DNA of 61,408 nucleotides, counting the filler, from Stramenopiles sp. TOSAG23-3 (taxonomy: Eukaryota): the NCBI GenBank assembly GCA_900128585.1. It is 20 parts of 20 records of this genome, joined end to end, with 100 filler letters (N's around TTAATTAATTAA, not from the genome) between each part and the next. Parts side by side here need not be neighbours in the genome. Positions count along the whole stretch, not along the records: positions 30,841 to 33,817 come from LT644490.1; positions 33,918 to 36,890 come from LT644491.1; positions 36,991 to 39,960 come from LT644492.1; positions 40,061 to 43,030 come from LT644493.1; 16 more parts are not named here. One strand, written 5' to 3'. Under the pieces are notes generated by a model. The model had not been told where the DNA came from. It was given only the letters and a program-made list of their open reading frames with translations, and ran no database searches. Each line of letters begins with the position of its first letter. Position 1 is the first letter of the stretch. Position numbers and translations under genes: made by a program. Shown here piece after piece: positions 32,487 to 40,269 of the stretch.

Positions 32487-33359
32487 TTAAACCTGTTGCC
32501 CTGCTCTCACAACACTTGGTGTTGTCAGCTTCAGCAGCCTGTACGAAGAAACCCATCCTTCAAATTCCTCAGCAGACAAAGATCCGTCCTTATTTCTGTC
32601 TGCTTCTTCAAAATACCCACCGACACGCTCCATGTCTTCCGATGAGGGGGCATCGTTCCGTATATCAAGAACGGGGGAATCATCCAAAGCTGCTACACCC
32701 ACTTCTACTTCTTTAACCGTCTGTTCTGCCTGATTGCTGTCGGCGACTTTTTCGGTTACTGTCTCTTCGACACCACCCATTTCCGCATTCACTACACCTG
32801 CCTCTTCGCCAGCTTCCCGCGTGCCTTCATCCAGTGTGGCGTTCATATTGCAGACGTCAGGCATTTGAAAATCAAGTTCGTAGACGCACGTTTTTGGTTC
32901 CTCGACGTTCGATATTCCATATTTGTCAGCACACTGAAGGGTGATCGTGACTTCCCTGTTGATACTTCCACAGGGCGTCCCGTCGGTATACCTTTGTTTC
33001 ACAAAAGAGGCATTGTTAGACCACGATTCAAAAATCCCAAGAATGCCATAGTAAGGGTTCCACGTAGACTGCTTGTCCAGTTGAGTGACGTTACGAAAGG
33101 GGCAAACTTCGTACATGTACTTTCCTATGCGCTCAGAAAAGCATTTCCCGTCCAACGCTGAGAACTCAATCGGTGTATTTTGAGGCACACCATTTGGCTC
33201 CCTCGACGGTGTCGGCTTGATGGGAGTCGAAGAAGACGTATATGTAGTCTTTGGCTTAGGGAGTCCTTCCACTATCTTGAAGTCCACGACTTCTCGCTCG
33301 GGTTCTGTTGCAGTAGAAATGTACAAAAGTTGAAAAAGTAAGAAGGGAGAAAGCTTCAT
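32487..33359 (-). CDS. GNPTG: MRH-domain protein most similar to GlcNAc-1-phosphotransferase gamma, with C-terminal EF-hand
   Basis: Signal peptide MKLSPFLLFQLL; GKCF...YMYEVCPFRNVTQ...WNPYYGILGIF...DGTPC...EPKTCVYELDFQMPDVC; EF-hand loop DRNKDGSLSAEEF. Confidence 0.72.
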   Translation of the reverse strand: MKLSPFLLFQLLYISTATEPEREVVDFKIVEGLPKPKTTYTSSSTPIKPTPSREPNGVPQNTPIEFSALDGKCFSERIGKYMYEVCPFRNVTQLDKQSTWNPYYGILGIFESWSNNASFVKQRYTDGTPCGSINREVTITLQCADKYGISNVEEPKTCVYELDFQMPDVCNMNATLDEGTREAGEEAGVVNAEMGGVEETVTEKVADSNQAEQTVKEVEVGVAALDDSPVLDIRNDAPSSEDMERVGGYFEEADRNKDGSLSAEEFEGWVSSYRLLKLTTPSVVRAGQQV

Positions 33360-33917
33360 TTTGTTTGGCCGTTGATTCGGCAGAGAAACGTTAAGCGGCA
33401 AAAAAATATAGAGAACCTCCCAACTACAATACTCCTTGCCTGAAACCTTCTTTTTTATATAAACCATGAAGAAGAAAAGATGCATTCTACTTCATAAACA
33501 ATCGAATCGTGTGTATTATCAATCCTTGATGTCTTCTTTCTTTCTCAAAAACAAAAAGAAATAACTAATATATTATTATATTTTTGTATTATTAATTCAA
33601 AATACGTCGTGTGTTGTATTATCAAAAAAATAATTTGCAGGAGGGAGGTGAGGAGGTGGCGGCGGCGCGCCATCATAGGAGAGTATTTACGGTATATAGG
33701 CTATAGCATTGAATAGCGAAGAGCAAAGAGGCAGGATGGCAGGCAGACAGAAGAAAGAAGGAGGAGTCGGTGGGGAAGAGTGGTGGACAGAGGATTTACC
33801 ACCAAATATTTTTTCTANNNNNNNNNNNNNNNNNNNNNNNNNNNNNNNNNNNNNNNNNNNNTTAATTAATTAANNNNNNNNNNNNNNNNNNNNNNNNNNN
33901 NNNNNNNNNNNNNNNNN

Positions 33918-35258
33918 ATGTACGTTTGCGATTTGGCAGGGTCCGAGCCTTCGGCCGACATTTTCTATGCCCAATACAGCCGAAAAATGACCGGGGGGAA
34001 CATTCAATACCGTTGTCAAGGCAAGCATCCAGACAAGTCGAAGACGGTCATGCTGCAAAAACAGGGCAAGCACATCAACTTATCGTTGAGTGAGATGTCG
34101 ATGTTTTTTAAAAAAATGTCCACTGCAATGAAGCGCCAGAAGAATTCGTTGAAGCCGGGGCAAACCGTGCTCGGTTGCAACAACTACTTTTTAGGGAAAT
34201 TCTTAAAGGACACGATGCTGCAAGCGCACACGTACTTGTTTGCAGCGGTGCGGCCAGAGTTGGCATTTCAGTCGTACACTCGGTCAACACTAGATTTTGC
34301 TACGAACGCTTCCGTAGTTAAACTGCTCCCAAAACGAATGAACATAGGCCACGAATACAGCGACTCGAAAGCCCATATTGCTAACATTTCGGACAGGGGG
34401 GAGGTGGCAGCGCTCCTCGAGAGATGCGAAAAGCTCGAAGAGGAATCTAAGGATGCAAAGCTGGGCTTCACAAGAGAGAAAAACGAGTTGGTGCTGAAGG
34501 TAGAAGAAATGCTTGGACAAGAGAAGAACATGCAGAAAGAGATTAAAAACCTCAAAAATGACCTTCACCTTTGCGAAAAAAAGCGAAAAATGGCGTCTGA
34601 GGAAGTGAGTATTCTATTTTCCAAGCTGGAGACGGAGCACAAAGCGAAGATTCGGGAAAAGGTCCAGCACAGCGTTGAAAAAGTTCTGTCGGACGTTCGG
34701 GACAAAAAATCCGAGCAGATGCAACAGGGAAAAGAGCAGGAAGTGCAGAGGTCGACCGAGCTACTAGCATCTCTGCAAGAGGAGCTGGGGAGCGTGGTTC
34801 GGAGTCAGTTTCAGGCTTTCTCCGAGGAGAAACTTGGGCTGGAGTCACAGATAGAAGTATTGGTGAAAGAAAAGCACGCGCTGCTGCTGCAGTCGCAAGA
34901 GGCGGCGTCGGAGAACGAGACTTTGTCTTTGGAAATTCGCAATTTTAAAGACGAAGTGTCTATTCTACAGTCTCAAATAGACTATGAGCATTCCGAAAGA
35001 ATAAAGGAAAAAATGAGGCGTACAAGCGCAGGCATATTAAACGACTTGCGAATTTCAAATACAATTGCAGAAAGCGAAGCCATGTCACCCGCCCAGTCCG
35101 ATTTCGTCAAGGTAGAAATCGATTCAAACCCGCGCACCGAAAGCGCACCGAAAGATGCGACCCCATCAGACCAGCACTTAGACACCTTCTACCTGGACTT
35201 GCAAACGTACATGACAGAAGTAGAACAACTGCTGACCGATTTCGTTGCCAAAAGGTGA
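33918..35258 (+). CDS. Kinesin-like protein, end of motor domain plus coiled coil (5' truncated)
   Basis: Switch II DLAGSE, QGKHINLSL and TRSTLDFA, followed by a long heptad region. Confidence 0.9.
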   Translation: MYVCDLAGSEPSADIFYAQYSRKMTGGNIQYRCQGKHPDKSKTVMLQKQGKHINLSLSEMSMFFKKMSTAMKRQKNSLKPGQTVLGCNNYFLGKFLKDTMLQAHTYLFAAVRPELAFQSYTRSTLDFATNASVVKLLPKRMNIGHEYSDSKAHIANISDRGEVAALLERCEKLEEESKDAKLGFTREKNELVLKVEEMLGQEKNMQKEIKNLKNDLHLCEKKRKMASEEVSILFSKLETEHKAKIREKVQHSVEKVLSDVRDKKSEQMQQGKEQEVQRSTELLASLQEELGSVVRSQFQAFSEEKLGLESQIEVLVKEKHALLLQSQEAASENETLSLEIRNFKDEVSILQSQIDYEHSERIKEKMRRTSAGILNDLRISNTIAESEAMSPAQSDFVKVEIDSNPRTESAPKDATPSDQHLDTFYLDLQTYMTEVEQLLTDFVAKR

Positions 35259-35761
35259 AGGGTGTGGAAGCTTGTGCGTAAGTTGAAAATTTGATCTTTA
35301 AAAACAAAGCGTATGGCTGTTATTTACGAAGTAGATACTTCTTAGTATTCTTTAGTAATTCATCTTAGATTACCTATTAATGGACAAAAGGAGCAGATTC
35401 ACTTTCGCGGTAAATACGAAGAAGTTAATTTTTTAGTACTTTGTACGCACGAGTAAATGAGAATAACAGCCAATTTTTTGTTCATTAATATTAATTACTT
35501 AAAATAACAGCCAATTTTTTTGTTTTTAAATTACGAGAATCTTATGAAGATATATATGTAAATGTGAATTACTTTCCGTGTTTGATCTTCAACATCAAGT
35601 ATCATACAAAGTACTTTTTGATATAAAAAATACTTAACTAGTATATAGTATGTTTTAAGAACTCTCACGTTAAAGTACTTTATAAATAAAATTACGACAC
35701 GCTCTCAAAAAAAAGAAGAACGTTTTTTTTAGGGTTTGTACGTTCGCATTTGAGCGTTATT

Positions 35762-36805
35762 CTACGCCTTAAACGAGCCGTCGGCGTTTATTTTTATTTT
35801 TTTCCCATTTTTTGTCCGCTTGATCGTCTCCTTCATGCGTTTTTCTTCCATCAAGTTTGCCAGAATCGTCTGTTTCGCACTCATCCGGTCTTTGGAAGCC
35901 GCTTGCTCGCTCCCCGCTTTCCCGTGACTGTGGCCGTGGTGCCCCCCATCGCCATGGCTATGGCCGTGATGCTCCGATTGTGCCCCTCCCAAATCGTCCT
36001 TCATTTGGGCAAGAGCCTCAGGAGGGATAGCCCCCACCTCCTCCAGCGCTTGAAAGAAGTACTTCGTGTCGTCCTCTGCTGACTGCGCGGCGAAAAAGAG
36101 GGCCTGCTGCAGGGTTTCGATCTCATCTTTTTTGCCCGAAATTTCTTTTTCTTGCTTCGATACTTTCTTTTCCAGGGCAACAACTTTGTCCCGCTCTTTC
36201 TCTAGTTTGCTCTCAATGGCATCGAACTGGACCTCAACCTCGCCGATCCCAATGTCCAACTCGTCTAAATGGATTAGGTAGAGCCGGTAAAATACTCCAT
36301 AAAAGCGGAGCAGGTGCCCCAGCTTGCTGTTGTAAAAACACAATACGAACGTAGACGTGACCATATCACCTACTGCAGAGTAGCTGCTGAACAGTTCGTC
36401 TGTCGAAAACATGATTCGGCGACCAAGAAGCTCAAGCGTCAGCGTCCACCACGTAAACCGCTTGACCCAAAAACACGCAACGATGAGCAGTCGGATGATG
36501 GATTTGGCCTGCTCGCCCAGTCTCTGTTTGCCGGCTTCTATGTCCCGGGCCATGCGGCTGTGCGAACGGTCCGCTGCTTTCGAATGTGAAACCGACGGCC
36601 CGTCCGCCTTGGGGGGTCCAGACAGAACATTGCCGAACCCACCTAGTTGAACGTACAGCTGAAACATGGGCACTATTATGTCCAGCCCTATTATAATCAG
36701 GAACATCAGAAGGAAGTCCTGGTCGTAATAAATGCTAGACCCAAACTTAACAGGCCGCTCTCGCCCTCCTTCCCTAGACACTTCCATCCGCTTCTCCTTT
36801 TTCAT
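35762..36805 (-). CDS. Membrane protein with coiled coil and His-rich tract; possible voltage-sensor-like domain (5' open)
   Basis: Four hydrophobic segments, a heptad region and HHGHSHGDGGHHGHSHG. Frame stays open to the poly-C contig end. Confidence 0.75.
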   Translation of the reverse strand: MKKEKRMEVSREGGRERPVKFGSSIYYDQDFLLMFLIIIGLDIIVPMFQLYVQLGGFGNVLSGPPKADGPSVSHSKAADRSHSRMARDIEAGKQRLGEQAKSIIRLLIVACFWVKRFTWWTLTLELLGRRIMFSTDELFSSYSAVGDMVTSTFVLCFYNSKLGHLLRFYGVFYRLYLIHLDELDIGIGEVEVQFDAIESKLEKERDKVVALEKKVSKQEKEISGKKDEIETLQQALFFAAQSAEDDTKYFFQALEEVGAIPPEALAQMKDDLGGAQSEHHGHSHGDGGHHGHSHGKAGSEQAASKDRMSAKQTILANLMEEKRMKETIKRTKNGKKIKINADGSFKA

Positions 36806-36990
36806 CTTTTCCCTTTTCCTTATCCTATCGGCTCGCTTCTCGTCATCATCGCCATCAGAACCGCCCCCATCATCCCCCCCCCCCCCCCCCNNNNNNNNNN
36901 NNNNNNNNNNNNNNNNNNNNNNNNNNNNNNNNNNTTAATTAATTAANNNNNNNNNNNNNNNNNNNNNNNNNNNNNNNNNNNNNNNNNNNN

Positions 36991-37065
<75 letters not shown>

Positions 37066-37525
37066 AACACAAACTACGTACTCCTCTTCTTCTTCTTCTT
37101 CTTTCTTTTTTTTTTTTTCTTCTTAATAATATTAATAAATAAAAATAATAATAAAAAATATTTTTTCGATCATCATTCATTCATTCTTCTTCTTCTCATC
37201 ATCATCATCATCATCATATAATAATATCATCCTTTTTCTTCTTCTTCTTCTTCATCATAATACCAAGGATATATCTAAAACGCAAGAGAAGAACTTTCCT
37301 TTTCTTTCTTCTTCTCTTTCAATAGAGTTCGAATCGTTTCTTTTGTGCACGTGGTTGAATACGCGCGTAAGTTTATACACAAATGTATGTGATTTGATTG
37401 TGTATACTTTTTTGCCTCTTTTTGCCATTTATTAGATCCCTTCTTCTCGGTGCATATAGGTATCATCCTCGTGTCCGTCCCACGCACATTTAGTTAGTTG
37501 TTCCTATCCGTCTGCGTTTGCAAGA

Positions 37526-38323
37526 ATGTCCGAGTTTGCGGAAGTTTTTGACCACCCGGATAAGCCAGGGGAGTTCTTGACGGCGGAAGAGTTGGACGAG
37601 TACAACCGGGCGAAACATGACGAGGCGTTGAGCCTTGCCAGCGAGGCGAAAGCGAAAGAGGCGAACAACGTCCTGGACGTCGACCGTCGGCACCCAGGGT
37701 CCTTCCTGCCGGGGAAGGCGCAATCGATGTGGTTGGATGACTTTGACCCGTTCTTCTCCCACCCAGCGAACGTGAAGGTCGTTGAGAAAGACCTGAAGCA
37801 GGCCTCTGCGCTGAAAGCCAAGGGTAATGAGTACTACAAGGGAAAGTATTACGACACCGCGCACAAGTACTACTCGCGAGCGATCGCTTACTGCCCCGTT
37901 GGGGAGGAGCACGGGTACAGCCGTGCCGTTTTTTACAGCAACCGGGCCGCCTGTTGCATGGCACAGGAGGAGTACCGGGACGCCATCGAGGACTGTTCGA
38001 TGGCCTTGGACGCCGACCCGTCCTATCTCAAAGCGCTGCTTCGCCGATGTAAAGCCTTTGAGATGGCGGACGACCTAGAGCACGCGGTGCAGGACATCGA
38101 CAAAGTTGTGGAGATGGACGGGGGCAGTAGTAGAAATTTTTTGATGGAGCAGCACCGCTTGAGAACGGCAAAGGCGGAATCGGAGGAGAAAATGAAAAAG
38201 GAAATGATGGACAAATTGAAAGGCCTCGGGAATACAATTTTAGGAAAGTTTGGAATGAGCCTGGACAATTTTAAATTCAACCAACAACAAGATGGAACCT
38301 ACAGTGTAAACTTTGAACAATAA
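37526..38323 (+). CDS. TTC1: Tetratricopeptide repeat protein 1 co-chaperone
   Basis: Three TPRs (LKAKGNEYYK, YSNRAAC, YLKALLRR) and the TTC1 tail MMDKLKGLGNTILGKFGMSLDNFK...GTYSVNF. Confidence 0.9.
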   Translation: MSEFAEVFDHPDKPGEFLTAEELDEYNRAKHDEALSLASEAKAKEANNVLDVDRRHPGSFLPGKAQSMWLDDFDPFFSHPANVKVVEKDLKQASALKAKGNEYYKGKYYDTAHKYYSRAIAYCPVGEEHGYSRAVFYSNRAACCMAQEEYRDAIEDCSMALDADPSYLKALLRRCKAFEMADDLEHAVQDIDKVVEMDGGSSRNFLMEQHRLRTAKAESEEKMKKEMMDKLKGLGNTILGKFGMSLDNFKFNQQQDGTYSVNFEQ

Positions 38324-38453
38324 ATTGATACGTTCGAATCGTTTTGCACTTGGTGGATTTTTAAATTATTATTTATTTACTTCCTCTTCGACGCTCACGT
38401 ATGAATATAAAAAAAACAATGAATATTATATATTTATAGGATTTTTTAAAACT

Positions 38454-39317
38454 CTACCCTTTTTTTCTTTTCTTCTTTTTCTTCGAACGAGGAACAAGAT
38501 CATGCCATGGGGAAAAGTATTTCCTACCTAAATCTTGTTCGTATTCTTCACCACTTTTATTATTACCCTCCTTCTCCTCTACTATCTTTTCACTTTTGTG
38601 AAATTCATTTAATTCTTTTCGTTTACCTTTTAAAAATAACAAAAATGATATAGTTGAAACCGCAAACATCGGAGCAGCCCAATATCCAAAATATATATTA
38701 CAAATGACACCACCAATTCTTTCATTAATATCAATTCCATAACCAAATGCCATAAAAAATACACCAATCCAAGTTGTTAATGCTGGCAAATCATAAACTG
38801 TTGATACTGATGGCCTTTGTAAATGCAATAACAATAAATGATTTGGTACACCTTCAAGGTCGGAACATATAACAACAGTGGTAATAATTGTAATAAAAAA
38901 ACAACCCATAGCAATCCACTCGAGAACTAACTGAATACCTATTGCAATTTCACCAAAACATTTTGGTTCTGATGGTGGTGATACATATATTGCAGCTGCT
39001 AAGGCTGTCATAAAGGCAGCTAGCACGCCTAAATTAACATTATGTGAACTTATTGAATCACGCAAATGCGAAGCATTTAGTTCTTTATCTGCTGCAGGCG
39101 ATGCTTTTAATTTTTCTATTAATTTATCTAATTGTCCTTTCAATTTTGAGTCCAAATGTTGTCCATGATTTAAATGCTTTAATAATGCACTTACATTACT
39201 GTTCTGCCCACCGATGCCTTGTACCCCTTCCTGCCCCCCCTTTGCACCATTGTTCTCCACTTCCGTAGTAGTAGTTACATACGCTGACGTGTCCCTACTC
39301 CCTTGCCCAAGAATCAT
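38454..39317 (-). CDS. Four-TM membrane protein, PGG-domain-like
   Basis: NLGVLAAFMTALAAAIYVSPP followed by three more hydrophobic helices. First ATG at 39317. AT-rich codon usage. Confidence 0.7.
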   Translation of the reverse strand: MILGQGSRDTSAYVTTTTEVENNGAKGGQEGVQGIGGQNSNVSALLKHLNHGQHLDSKLKGQLDKLIEKLKASPAADKELNASHLRDSISSHNVNLGVLAAFMTALAAAIYVSPPSEPKCFGEIAIGIQLVLEWIAMGCFFITIITTVVICSDLEGVPNHLLLLHLQRPSVSTVYDLPALTTWIGVFFMAFGYGIDINERIGGVICNIYFGYWAAPMFAVSTISFLLFLKGKRKELNEFHKSEKIVEEKEGNNKSGEEYEQDLGRKYFSPWHDLVPRSKKKKKRKKG

Positions 39318-39359
39318 AATAATCTTGAACGCGGTCTTATAATATAACAGCAGCCCCTG

Positions 39360-39704
39360 GTGCACTTATCGATATCCCGTAAAGGGATAGTCTCTTCTGC
39401 CTCTGGAGCAAAGAAACAGAAAGATTTTCGGGATGAAATGAAAAAACGGCAGCTAGAGATTTCACGTTTGCGTAAAGTAGCAACGAAGAATCAATATAAA
39501 ATCAACCAGTTAACATCGCAAAAAAAGCAAAGTGATAAATTGTTAAAGGCAAGGGCTACTCAAATTAATCCTGCTCAAAAACAAATACGAAAATTAACGA
39601 TGCGAAAATTAGGAACAAATCGTGGAAGAAATGCCATCAAAATAACAATGCTAATAATAATAATAACAACAACAACAAAAGGAAACAACGAGAGATACGA
39701 ATAG
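39360..39704 (+). pseudogene. Isolated fragment resembling a kinesin-4 stalk
   Basis: FRDEMKKRQLEISRLRK...QYKINQL...QSDKLLK resembles the KIF4/KIF21 coiled coil. No motor domain and no proper start. Confidence 0.35.
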
Positions 39705-40269
39705 TAGTAACAAAACAAAAAAAACATTATTATTAATATTGAATATTCTTCAGAATAATTTGGAACAACTCAACCAACTTGTTTCTTCTTCTACTTCTTC
39801 TTTCTTCTTCTTTCTTCTTCTTCTTCTTCTTTCTTCTTCTACTTCTTCTTTCTTCTTCTTTCTTCTTCTTTTCTTCTTCTACTTCTTCTTTCTTCTTCTT
39901 TCTTCTTCTTTCTTCTTCTTTCTTCTTCTTTCTTCTTCTTTCTTCTTTCTTCTTCTTTCTNNNNNNNNNNNNNNNNNNNNNNNNNNNNNNNNNNNNNNNN
40001 NNNNTTAATTAATTAANNNNNNNNNNNNNNNNNNNNNNNNNNNNNNNNNNNNNNNNNNNNAAATAGGAAAAAGAATATATTATAGAAATAGCATTGAAGA
40101 AAGAAAAAGAAAATTCTTTTGGTTTAAAAAAACTTATTAAAACTTTTGGTATTTAATATATTTGCAGGGACACAGCACCGAAGTGCGGAAGAAGTATAGA
40201 AGAGGACGAAGATGTGAAACCCTGCTTTGCAGGAGAAGCAAACGCCTTTTTTGCGTGTGGTGTAAACCT

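Noticed and set aside
30841..33817. Contigs with terminal inverted repeats as transposons, linear plasmids or nanochromosomes
   Set aside because: The repeats differ between contigs, share a k-mer-like length, include ordinary coding sequence and truncate genes. No transposase is present.
39739..40012. Poly-Phe/Leu/Ser or poly-Glu/Lys ORFs here and at 12300, 15385, 36935 and 53931
   Set aside because: They are translations of TTC/GAA microsatellites.
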